Notes under the pieces: generated by a model
Database searches by the model: none
What the model saw: the letters and a program-made list of their open reading frames with translations, nothing else
Told to the model about the DNA's origin: nothing
Program-made: the position numbers and the translations under genes
Origin: Chiloscyllium plagiosum
Lineage: Eukaryota
Length of the DNA stretch: 64,000 nucleotides
Direction of reading: 5' to 3'
Assembly: GCF_004010195.1 (NCBI RefSeq)
Contig: NC_057749.1
Location: forward strand, 21,070,854 to 21,134,853
Part shown: positions 51,290 to 63,462 of the stretch, in pieces
How positions within the stretch are numbered: position 1 is the first letter of the stretch
Layout: each line of letters begins with the position of its first letter

Positions 51290-53490
51290 AAGTACTGAAG
51301 ACCTGTGCATCAGAATTACTCAGGGACCCAGCCAAGGTGTTCCAGTACAGTTACAACACTGGTATTTACCCGGCAATGTCCTGTCGACAAAAAGCAACAC
51401 AAATCCACCCAGCCAATCACACCCTATTCAACAAACTGGGAGGAAGATGTAACTGTCTGTCCTAGCAAGCCACACTTACACAGCAATACCCTGCTCAGTG
51501 ATGCCCAGCTTGGATTCCGCCAGGGGCACTCAGCTCCTAACCTCACAACAGCCCCGGCCCACACAACAGAGCTGGGCACCAGGTGTGAGGGGAGAGTGAC
51601 TGCCCTTGATCATGTGTGTGGCATCAAGGGGCATTGGTAAAATCATCATTAATGGGAATTCAGAGGGACTCTCTGTCACAGAGGAAGAGGGTAGTGACCC
51701 ATCAGAGGATCAATCAAGAGCTCCTCAGAGTGGTGTCTGAGGACCAAACACTTTCGTCAATGAGGGTCTGAAGTGGAAATGTTCACTGGACAAATGCACA
51801 CTACTCAGCACCATTCGCAACTCCTCGGATACTGAAGTAGTCCATGAGCAAATGCAGCAAAAAACCGGGTATCCAGGTTTGGGTTGATAAACATCGAGGA
51901 ACATTCATGCCACATAACTGCCAGGCAATGACCATCTCAAATAAGAGAAAACCCAATCATCAGCCCTTGACATTCAATGGCACTATCATTAATTCGCTCA
52001 CTATCAATATCCTGGAGGTTATCTATGACCAGGCCAAGCTGTACTGATAGAATCGACGTTTCGGGCATGAGCCCTTCTTCAGGACCTGCTGCGCTTTTCC
52101 AGCAACACATTTTCAGCTCTGATCTCCAGCATCTGCAGTCCTCACTTTCTCCAAGCTATACTGATACCCAAAGAGGAGTCAGATTGGACTGGAACATTAA
52201 TGCTGTTTCTGTCTCTCTCTCTGCACCGATGCTGCCAGACCTGCTGAGTCTCTGCAGCACTTACTGCTTTTATTTCAGATTTCCAACATCTACAAGTAGC
52301 TTGCTTTTATTATAGACAAGAATGCGTTGCATTCCAACTACAAATACTATTACAAGACAATAAAAGGGATACAATCTTGTTTTAGCGCCTTCTAGATTTT
52401 TCCCGGTTCCCTGTTCAGCATGGATGCACTAGATACCCAGGAATGTCACATTCCTTTCAACTTAACATCGGAAGCCACAGTGATTGCCAATTAGAAACAG
52501 TTTTCTTTCTTTAAATCCCAGAAAGCTGCTGCTAGGAAAGCTTCTCCACATGGAATACTGGTTCACATTACTGCACAGGCTAGTCTTCAATTCCTGGGAG
52601 CCTGAAGGAGATTCCTGGAAATTTGATTGATTGCACAATGTTTGTGATTCTTCAAATACTGAAGCAGTCTGTGCTCAAACGCAGCATGATCTGGACACTA
52701 TCCAGGCTTGGGCTGACAAGTGGCAAGTAACATTAGTGCCACACAAATTCCAGGCAATGACCTTCTCCGGTGAAAGATAATTTATCCATCACTCCTTGAC
52801 ATTCAATGCCTTACCATCATTGAACCACCCACTATCAACATCTAGGGTTACCATTTATCAGAAACTCCACTGGACTGACCATATCAATACACTGGCTACA
52901 ACAGGTCAGAGGCTAGGAATACAGCAGCAACTAACTCATCTCCTAACTCTCCAAAGCCTCATCTACAAGGTACAAGTCAGGAGTGTGATAGAATACTCTC
53001 CACTTGCCAAGATGGGGGCAGCTCCAACAACACTCAAGAAACTCGACACCATCCAGGACAAAGCAACCCACTTGATTGGCACCACATCCACAAATATCAT
53101 TCCCTCCACCACCGGCGCTCAGTAGCAACAGTGTGTACTATCTACAGGATGCATCGCAGAAGTTCCCCAAAGATCCTCAGACAGAGCTTTCCAAACCCAT
53201 GACCACTTCCATCTGGAAAGTCAAGGGCAGCTGATATATGGGAGAACCACTACCTTCAAGTTTCCCTCCAAGCCACTCACCATCCTGACTTGGAAATATA
53301 TCGCCGTTCTTGCACCGTTACTAAGCCAAAATTCTGGAATTCCTTCCCAAAGGGCATTGTGGATCAACCTACATCACATGAACTGTAGCAGTACAAGACA
53401 GCAATTCACCCCCACCTTCTCAAGGGGCAACTAGAGACGGGCAATAATTGCTGGCCCAGCCCGCGATGCCCATCTCTCACGAGTGAATTA
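51290..53490 (+). mobile_element. Old L2/Crack-like LINE fragments (51290-52030 and 52650-53490) with PLE mini-insertions between
   Basis: DAQLGFRQGHSAP and IYKVQVRSVIEYSPLA..TTLKKLDTIQDKA motifs; 3' tail caccttctcaaggggcaactag..gggcaataa. Confidence 0.7.
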
Positions 53491-55389
53491 AAACACTTGC
53501 TAACCCTCGAGTAGTGCACCTCATAGTTTCGTCACTGATAAGTGACAGCACTGTTAACACCAGATAAAGTAGTTATTTAAAGCCTTCTCATCTCCCCATT
53601 CACTCGTCAGAGCAACCAACCCCAGATGGTGTAAGATTTAAAGTCTGCTATGCAAATTCTCACAAACCCGTATTTTCGATATTCAGATAAACGCAATGTT
53701 TCTACGAAACCATTCTGAACGAGCATTTCCGGGATGGGAAAGAATGACACAATGGAGATAATTCAAATACTGAAAGCAGAGAATCGAGTTTTTTTTAAAA
53801 ATCAACGCAACAGCCTTGCCATAGTGAAAGTGAAACTTGATAAAATATGATTTGAATCCATTTCTTACACCAGCAACCAAATTAGACAAGAGGTCGAGGT
53901 TCGTGTGTCACTAGGGACCGAAGCAGGTCCATTCTGTAGTAAAGATGGAGGCACTTTAATAAACCCCATGAGCATCCTGGATATAAAACTGTCTGAGGGA
54001 ACAGAGACACAGCTGCAATGAACAGTGGGCTTTTCTCACACTGAAAGCCTAGAGTGGAGATACTGGTTGGTCCAGTATTACCACCGATGAATTTGCAAAA
54101 CTTCTGTGAGGAAGACATTCTTAAACCATAAAACCTAGAAGCAGCAGTAGGCCATTCAGCCCACTGGGTCTGCCCCACCATTTGATGAGATCATAATTGA
54201 CCTGGTCCTCTTGTGAGACAGTGCAGCGTCCCTACTCATTACATCCAGAGGGTGGCGTGTGTATGGAATGAGCTGCCAGAGGAAGTGGTGGAGGCTGGTA
54301 TAATTCCACCATTTAAAAGACATCTGGATGGGTATATGAATAGGAAGGGTTTAGAGAGGACATGGGCCAAATAAGACAGATTAATTTAGAGTATCTGGTC
54401 GGCATGGACAGGTTGGACCGAAGGGTCTGTTTCCGTGCTGGACATCTCTATCCCTGGACCAAGGCTGGGTTCAAGCCCCACCTACTCCAGAGGTGTTTGC
54501 TAACATCTCCGAACAGGTTGGTTATAAAGATAATTGTCAACTCTACATTCCTGCCCTCTCCCAATAACCCACAGCTCCGTTACAGGTGAACATCTCAGCC
54601 TTGAACATACTGAATGACCCACCCCTGACAGTCTTATGGGGCGAAGAACACCACAGATTCACTCACCTGGGGGAGTGGAAGAAATTCCTCCTCATCTCCG
54701 TCTTAAACGCGCGACCCCCCCTCTTTATTCTGAGAGTCTGGCCTTTGGCTTCAAGAGAACAGGGACAGTACGGCAGAAGGGGCAAACACGTGACAGACGT
54801 AATTTAACACAGAGAGGTGTGAAGCGAGGAGGGACAATAAAAAAACGACAGGTTAAAGTTTTTAAGGGGGGGGGGGCAGTGACAGAGACACCTTGGGGGT
54901 TACACGTGCACAAATCACTGAAACCAGGAGGACGGATTGGGGAAGCCGTGATAACCGGGCTCCTGGGTTTTGTAAATCAAAGGACAGACCCTGCAACGGT
55001 CTTATGGGGGCAATTTTATAAAACACTGGTTCAGTCTCGAGTTGGTGTTTGCTGTTCCATTCAGAGCACCACGCCTTCGGAATGATCCGAAGGCCAGGCT
55101 GGCAGCAGGGGCGAGGAATTTCTGCTCTGGATGGAGACCGGAATAATTGGTGCTGATCGCCTTAAAGAGGGTTTGGAGGGGAGCTTTTGACAGGAGGGGG
55201 ATCTGGTCAGAGTCAGCTAGCAGAATCTGTTCCCTTGTTGGGAGAAACATCAATCACAGAGACCGATTCAAACTAACCAGCAAAAGGAACAACAAGAGGC
55301 ACAAAGCTTTCTTGTGTTGTATAGTTCAAACTCAAATAGCTTGATCAGGAATGCACTGCTTGAGAATACAGCAGAGGCAGATCCATTGA

Positions 55390-55955
55390 TTTGATCTGAT
55401 TTATTATTGTCACATGCACCTCAGTACAGTGAAAGGTTTTGTTTTGAGGCAGGTTATACCATACAGCGTGCATCAGGATAATGGAACAGAGCGAGGAATA
55501 CAATGTTACAGCTGTAGAGAAGGTGCACAGAGAGAGAGGGAGAGAGATCAACATTAGATTTTAAAATGTGATGGGTCCATTCAGAAGTCTAATCTAAACA
55601 GCGGGGAATAAGCTGTTCTTAAATCTGTTAGTACGCGTGTTTAAGCTTTCGTATCTTCTGCCTGATGGAAGAGGGTGGGAGAGATTATAACCAGGGTGGG
55701 AGGGGTCTTTGATGATGTTGGCTGTCTTCCCAAGGCAGTGGGAGGTGTAGATGGAGCTAATGGATGCAAGATTGGTTTGTGTGATGGACTGGGCTGTGTT
55801 CACAACCCTCTGCAGTTTTGTATGTTCCTGCACACAGCAGTTGACAAACCAAGCTGCGGTGCAACCAAATAGGATGCTTTCTATGGTGCATCTATAAAAA
55901 TTGGTAAGAGTCTTTACTGACATGCCCAATTTCCTTTGCCTCCTGAGGAAGTGAT
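55390..55955 (-). mobile_element. Rex1/Babar LINE 3' fragment
   Basis: [52 protein letters not shown]. Confidence 0.85.
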
Positions 55956-56069
55956 TTTGAAAAGGGATCAACAAGGAATCAAAAGGATTTACAAAGCAAT
56001 GGAGCAGCGTGATGGAGTCGATCCTGCTGAGGGATAGCTCAAAAGGTCTCCCTCTGTGCTTTAACTGTT

Positions 56070-56370
56070 TTTAGATTAGATTCCCTACAGTGTGGAAACA
56101 GGCCCTTCGGCCCAACCAGTCCACACCGACCCTTCGAAGAGTAACCCACCCAGACCCACTTCCCTCTGACTAATGCACCTATCCCTATGGACAGTTTAGC
56201 ATGGCCAATCCACCTAACCTGCACATCTTTGGACTGTGGGAGGAAACCGGAGCACCCGGTGGAAACCCACGCAGACACGGGGAGAACGTGCAAACTCCAC
56301 ACAGACAGTCACCCAAGGCTAGAATCGAACCTGGGACCCTGGTGCTAACCACTGTGCCACCATGCTGCCC
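56070..56370 (-). mobile_element. HE1-type V-SINE; its head and flank are duplicated at 56445-56587
   Basis: HE1 consensus; 143-bp identical repeat. Confidence 0.88.
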
Positions 56371-57151
56371 CACAATGTTCGTGGTTTAAATTCTATTAAA
56401 GCAACTTGACAACAAGAAAACCGAAGCACCAGGAGGAAACCCGGGCAGACACGGGGAGAACGTGCAAACTCCACACAGACAGTCACCCAAGGCTAGAATC
56501 GAACCTGGGACCCTGGTGCTAACCACTGTGCCACCATGCTGCCCCACAATGTTCGTGGTTTAAATTCTATTAAAGCAACTTGACAACTGAAAAAGAGGAA
56601 AAAAGGACGTTCTATTTAATACACAGAATACAACAGCACTATGGAGCGCCAGTCCTGTTAACTGTTCCCTCTAACTGCCATAACAGAAATATGCCTTTAT
56701 ATAGCACCTTTGACTTAGCAAAACGTTCCAAGGCATTTTTATAGAAGTTTTACCAAACCAAAATTTGACACCAAATCAACAAAGGAGACAAAAAGAGGTG
56801 ACTTTAATCCCAAGCAACCTTCCAAATTTTTCAATGACACCAAATGCCGATTGTTTCACCATCAGACTGAGGACAGGAGGAGGACCTGAAACGGTCAGGT
56901 CCAATTCTCCCTCGATACAAGACCAATCCCTAATGGGTTGAACAAAGATGATGTCGATAAATAGCAACCAGCATTTCAGCGGCGATATTCCACAACACAG
57001 GGGCAAAAATCCTGGTCCAAGAAGTAGGTTTTGTTTTTTTGTTTGGGGGAGGGGGAGGGGGTGGGGGAGGCAGTGTTGAAATAAGAAATGGACAGAGAGG
57101 TTTGAGAGGAAATTTCCTTCTTTAGTGCCTGGACAGCCACAGAGTGTGGAG

Positions 57152-57734
57152 GTTGTAAGTTAGCTTGCTGAGCTGGAAGGTTTGTTTTCAGACGTTTCAT
57201 CCCCATACCAGGTAACATCATCAATGAGCCTCCGGATGAGGCATGAGTGGTGTAGCCCACTTTCTATTTGTGGGTGGATGGGTGATATCATTTATGGTTC
57301 AGACAGGGAGGAAACTAGCCACCAGGATACACAAACACCAACCAGCCACCAAAAGACATGATCCAATATCACTAGTATCCTTACACACAGATGAAGAAGA
57401 ACACCACTTCAACTGGGACAACATATCCTTTCTAGGACAGGCTAAACAAAGACACGCAGAGGAATTTCTAGAAACCTGGCAGTCAAACCAGAACTCCATC
57501 AGTAAACACATCAATTTGGACCTCATTTACTAACCTCTGAGATAAGGAACCAGAAATGATATCCCCCACCTTAACAGACCAAGACACATAAATAGAAAGC
57601 AGGATGGACCACCAGAGGCTCACTGATTATGTTACCTCACATGGTGATGAAATGTCTGAAAACAAACCTTCCAGCTCAGTAAGCAAACTTACAACCTGAA
57701 CCTCAACCTGAGCTACAAATCTTCTCAAAACCCA
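57152..57734 (+). mobile_element. Penelope-like family B 3' fragment with inverted pLTR
   Basis: QTGRKLATRIHKHQ..HFNWDN GIY-YIG C-part; TSD agtgtggag (57143-57151, 57735-57743). Confidence 0.85.
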
Positions 57735-57829
57735 AGTGTGGAGCTAGGGTGGACCTGGAAACTAGAGGTGAAAGTCGGAGGAATGTGGAAATCTCCATGG
57801 ACTGTCGGGGAGGGTTACTGGGTCAGATT

Positions 57830-58760
57830 TGTAGGACATTTGAGGGCATTCTGGCTCAGTTTGCAGACAATACAAAGATAGGTGGAGGGGCAGGTAGTAT
57901 TGAGGAGGCGGGGAGGCTGCAGAAGGATTTGGGCAGGTTAAGAAGTGGCAGATGGAGGACAATGTGGGAAAGTGTGAGGTAGGAAGAATAGAGGCATGGA
58001 CTATTTTCTAAATGGCGAGAAAATTCAGAAATCTGAAGCGCAAAGAGACTTGGGAGTTCTAGTCCAGGATTCTCTCAAGGTAAACTTGCAGGTTGACTCA
58101 GTAGCTTGGAAGGCAAATGTATCGATGGCATTTCTTTCAAGAGGACTTGAATATAAAAGCAGAGCTGTACCTCCGAGGCTCTATAAGGATCTGGTCAGGC
58201 CACATTTGGAGTATTGTGCGCAGTTTTGGACCCCATATCTCAGGAAGGATGAATTGGCCCCGGAGCATGTTCAGAGGAGGTTCACCAGAATGATCCCAGG
58301 AAAGAATACCTTAACATGTGAGGAATATTTGAGGATTCTGGGTTTCTACTCAATTGAGTTTAGAAGATTGAGGGGGGAATCTATTTGAAACATACAGAAT
58401 ACTGAATGGCCTGGACACAGTAGATGTTGGGAAGATGTTTCCATTGGTAGGAGATTCTAGGACCCGAGGGCACAGTCTTAGAGTAAAGGGGAGACCCTTT
58501 AGAATGGAGATAAGGAGAAACTTCTTCAGCCAGAGAGTGGGGAATCTATGGAATTCATTGCCACAGAAGGCTGTGGAGACCAGATCATTGAGTATATTTA
58601 AGACGGAGATAGATAGGTTCTTGAGTATCAAGGGGATCAAGGGTTATGGGGAGAAAGCGGGAGAATGGGGTTGATAACCTTATTAGCCATGATTGAATGG
58701 CAGAGCAAACTTGATGGACTGAATGGCCTAATTTCTGCTCCTATGTCTTATGGTCTAACA
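57830..58760 (+). mobile_element. CR1 LINE 3' fragment
   Basis: FADNTKIGG, LYKDLVRPHLEYCAQFW and [14 protein letters not shown]. Confidence 0.9.
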
Positions 58761-60204
58761 TGCTGTTATCAACATTGTCTGAGATTCACTATATTAAACA
58801 CAGGCACAGACATCACATTCCAGAGAATTTCTCTCAGACGGTCATTAGTCTGTGAAACTCGCTTTCCGAGACCACAGTGGAGGCTCGGTCATTGAATCAT
58901 ACAATTCTTACAATGTAGAAGCAGGCCTTTCGGCCCATCGAGTCCAAACCAACCCCCTGAAGAGCACTCTGATCAAAAACCACCCTCTTACCCTATTCCT
59001 GTAATCCTGCATTTCCCATAGCTAACCCGCCTAGCCTACACATTCCTAGACATTATGGGCAATTCAGCAAGGCCAATCCGGCTAACTTGCACATCTTTGG
59101 CTGAGTCAGGCAGATTCTTGACTGACAAGGGAGTGAAATGGTGAATGGGGAGGTGGGAAAAAGGAGTTGAGGCCACATTCTGACCCGCCATGAATTTCAA
59201 GAATGACTTGCAGGAGCGAATGGCCAGCTCCTGGACCTAATGCCTCTGGGTTGACTCTTGGATGAGGCAAGGCAAGTGGGTTTACTTGAACTTCAAAAAA
59301 ACTGTAATATGGGAACAGACCATTCAGCCCAACCAGTGCGTGTTGGTTTCTGGTTTCTACACGTACAATAACCCTAACCCCACACGCTAGCTCTGTCCCT
59401 TCAGTCCCATTTTCTTCAGCCATTCATCTAGAAACTACCTTTAAACATTGAGCCAGGGATCATGTCAATCACACACTCCAACACTGCATTCCATTTCTGT
59501 GTTCAAAAAAGCTCTATTCTAAATCTTTTAACCTTATGTTTACTCACTGTAAATTATTTAAAGCATTGTGTTGGCTTTCCCCATCTCATTTCACCTGCAA
59601 ATCAACCTGTAGTTTCTTTTCTGCTGATTAAAACTCACCCAAACTTGCTGAACCTCAGAGGTTAATCATGATTTGGAGATGCTGGTGTTGGACTGGAGTG
59701 TGCAAAGTTAAAAATCACACAACCATAACCACTATAACCTGGTGTGGTGTGATTTCTTAACTCAGAGGTTAAAGGTTAGTCAGGCAGAGACCAGGTTAGT
59801 CAGAGTTATATTCGTTGGGACACATCACAGAACTCCCAACACACTGACTATTTCTTCCCATATAATACATCCCGAGTCATATTCACACTCAAAAATGCCT
59901 GAATCAACATATAACCATTCCCCATTCCTTAGTTGCCTTTTGTCTCAGGCATTCTTGCCAGAGCTTTCAAGGTGATAAGTGTTTGCATCTCTCCTTTTAT
60001 TGCATTTCCTCGTATTTGGCAGATTCCAAGAAAATTAGCAATTTAGTCTTAAAGGAACACAACATAATGAGTATTACATATTAAATAAAATGGCTTAACA
60101 TATTGGTAAAAACAATGACTGCAGATGCTGGAAACCAGATTCTGGATCAGTGGTGCTGGAAGAGCACAGCAGTTCAGGCAGCATCGAGGAGCTTCAGCAA
60201 AATC

Positions 60205-60232
60205 GACGTTTCGGGCAAAAGCCCTTCATCAG
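60205..60232 (-). ncRNA. Minimal hammerhead ribozyme motif
   Basis: Reverse complement CTGATGA-A-GGGC-TTTT-GCCC-GAAAC-GTC. Confidence 0.7.
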
Positions 60233-61796
60233 GAATAAAGGCAGAGAGCCTGAACGTAGAGAGATAAGCTAGAGGAGGGTGGGAGTGGGGAGAGAGTAGC
60301 ATAGAGTGGATTATCTTTATTGCTCTTCAAGAACAAAGGAACAATATTGGCTACGCCCCAGTCTTTTGGGAACTCACCTGTGGTTAAAGAGGACACAAAG
60401 ATCTCTGTCAAGGCCCCACAAATCTCCTCCCTTGCCTCCTTCATTATTTTGGGATAGATCCAATCAGGCCCTGGGGATTTATCTATCTTAATATTTTTCA
60501 ACACACTCAACACTTACTCCTTAATGTCAACAAGCCCTTATCTAAATTCATCATCACCCATGTCCTTCTCCTTGGTGAACACCGATGCAAAGGACTCATT
60601 GAGAACCTCATCCACCTCCTCTGGCTCCACACATAAATTCCCTCCTTTGTCCTTCCCTAATTACCCTTTTACTCCTAACATACATATGAAATGCCTTGGG
60701 ATTCTCCTTAATCCAATTTGCCAAAGATATTTCATGGTTCCTTCTACCCCCCTAATTTCGTTTTTTACATTCTTTTCTGCTTCCTTTATACTCAAGTACC
60801 TGGTTTGATTTCAGTTTCCTAAACCTTACATATGCTTCCATTTTCTTTTTAACTAAACTTAGATCTCTCAGCACCCAAGATTCTCAAATCTTGCCATCTT
60901 TATCTTTCATCCTCAGAGGAACATGTAAGTCCTGAACTCTGGTCAACTGGCTTTTAAAGGATTCTGACATGTCAGATGTGGATTTATCTTCAAACAGCTG
61001 GCCCCAATCCAATTTTTCCAGTTACTGCCTCATAATGTCATAATTAACCCGCCCCCATATTAGCACTTTCACCCAAGAAGCAATCTTCTCTTTTTCCATA
61101 ACTATCCGAGACCTAATGGAATTATGACCATTATTCCCAAAATGCTATCCCTCTGAAACTTTGATCACCTAGCCCAATATGGCTAATATGGCTCCTTCCC
61201 TGTTGGACTATCCATATGTTGTTTCAGGAATTTTTCCTGGATGCGTCTAACAAATTCTACCCCATCTACATCCCTGGTATTAAGGGAGTCTCAGTGAATA
61301 TTGGAGGAATTAAAATAAGCCACTACAACAACACTGTTGTTTTTACATTTTCTATGTCCTGTCTATATTTCTGTTCCTCTATCTCCTGCTGCCTAATGGG
61401 AAGCCAAGAATATAATTCCATAATCGTGATAGCACCTTTCTTATTCCTAACTTCTACCAATATTGTCTTGCTGGATGAACCCTGCAAGAAGTCTACTCTT
61501 GATTCTCACCTTAACTCCCTCCCCCCCCATTCCATCCCTGTCTATCCAACCTGAAACATTTAAACTGTTGAACATTGAGCTGCCAGTCCAGTCCTTCTCT
61601 TATTCTGGATTAGTGGTGCTGGAAGAGCACAGCTGGAAGAGCCTAGCTCCTTTTCCACCTATCCACTCCACCCTCCTCTCTGACCTATCACCTTCATCTC
61701 CTCCCCCACTGACCTATTGTACTCTATGCTACTCTCTCCCCACCCCCACCCTCCCCTAGCTTATCTCTCCACGCTTCAGGCTCTCTGCCTTTATTC

Positions 61797-61824
61797 CTGA
61801 TGAAGGGCTTTTGCCCGAAACGTC
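61797..61824 (+). ncRNA. Minimal hammerhead ribozyme motif
   Basis: CTGATGA-A-GGGC-TTTT-GCCC-GAAAC-GTC. Confidence 0.7.
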
Positions 61825-63259
61825 GATTTGGCTTAACATATTGTCAGACTCGCCTCTGGGTTGCACCATAACAGATTGTTTTTTTTTGAGAGAAGGACCA
61901 GGCCTACTGATCATGCACAGCATCATGAAGATATACACTGTCACCATCTTTGTTTTTGAGGGCTCTCTCTTGCCTTTCCCTGCAATCTACAATCAAAAAA
62001 CTGTTCCACATACAAACAATCCACAGCTTCCTGCCACTTCCCTGGTGAGAATTCCTCTCAGTGTTTCAACACTGACACCCATTCCTCAAATGCCAACACA
62101 TTTCAAGCCTGGCTACTTGTCAGAGGTTCCATACCACTTCCAAAAAATGAAAGGTCATATGAGTGTGAAGACGGACTTACAAAATATTTCCTCTTTGTTT
62201 TGCATTTCAATGCTAATCTGGAACTGACTCAACAACCTCCGTGTTTTCAGTTGTTTCATGTTTTTGGCCTGTCTCCCATGAAACCAATTAAACTGCTTTT
62301 GCAGCACAGGGAATTACTCAATAGCAAAAGGGAATCAGCATTAAAAGCAACATTGTTAATGGGAATGTGGGGTGCCATTGGCTGGACTAGTATTCGTTAT
62401 CCGTCCATAATTGCCCCGGAAAAGACGCTGGCAAGACACCATTCTTGAACTGCTACCGTCCACGTGGAGACACTCATGGAGCTGGTAGGAATGATGCAAC
62501 AGCGATGTAGATCCAAGTCACAGTGGCATGTGACTTGGAGGGGAACTTGCAAACCAATTCCCTTTATCTAAGACCATTTCTCATTCTAGTAGCAAACATT
62601 GGTGATGTTGGATGGATTAGCTGCAATGAGTGGGAGGGACCCTGGCAGATTCACTCAAGCATGGCGTAGACAATACAACAATCCCATGACAACGCGCAAA
62701 CACCTCCAGGCAAATGCCTCTGTGAAATATCTTCAGGTCTCTTCCTGGTTTACATAAACACAGTGGTACACCTCACAGTCACAGGGTGTACTGTTTTACT
62801 CGAAAAATGTATTAAGTCACGGCGCTTAACCGTTCTCAATAGTCACAGTCTGAGGTCAAATGCATGTTTAACCCTCTCTGGGCCGTCAACAGCAAGATGC
62901 CCACTCAATGGATCCATGCACAACGACAGCTATGATCGATTGATCCAATTTTGGAAGTCACGGTCGCTCCTGGCTCTCAAAGCTCCATGCAACAAAATCA
63001 ACAATGAGGAGGAGGAGGAGCATTGGTCATCAGGACGTCACGTTCAATAGACAGACACACTTTGACACGGAAGTTAACACATCATTGGAGAGCTCCGGCT
63101 GACACTGTGTGAATGGAGAGTGTGCCGTCAGGAATGGATCTCCATAACACACAACAGCAGAATCTCATCAATCTCACTGAATAGCAGAGCAGACTCAATG
63201 GGCTGAAAGGCCTGTTTCCACACTCTAGGGATTCTATGATATAGGAGCTGAAGGAGGCC

Positions 63260-63462
63260 ATTATAGAATCATATATCATAGAATCCCTAGAGTGTGGAAA
63301 CAGGCCTTTCAGCCCAACAAGTCCACACTAACCCTCTGAAGAGTAACCCACCCAGACTCATTCTCCCTACCCTATATTCCCCCTGACTAAGGCAACCAAC
63401 CGACACATCCCTGAACACTATGGCTGATTTAGCACAGACAATTCACCCTAACCTGCACATCT
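63260..63462 (-). mobile_element. HE1 SINE 3' half
   Basis: HE1 tail sequence in reverse. Confidence 0.8.

Larger units (their letters stand above)
60106..61828. mobile_element. Composite PLE insertion: inverted pLTRs (60106-60307, about 61600-61828) enclosing a CR1 ORF2 fragment (60308-61600, minus)
   Basis: 15-bp TSD tggcttaacatattg at 60091-60105 and 61829-61843; the cargo encodes KSPGPDWIYPKIMKE..PKDWGVANIVPLF. Confidence 0.8.

Noticed and set aside
53683..53790. Minus-strand acceptor-like site upstream of the gene
   Set aside because: All frames hit stops, with no convincing donor and no death-domain similarity.
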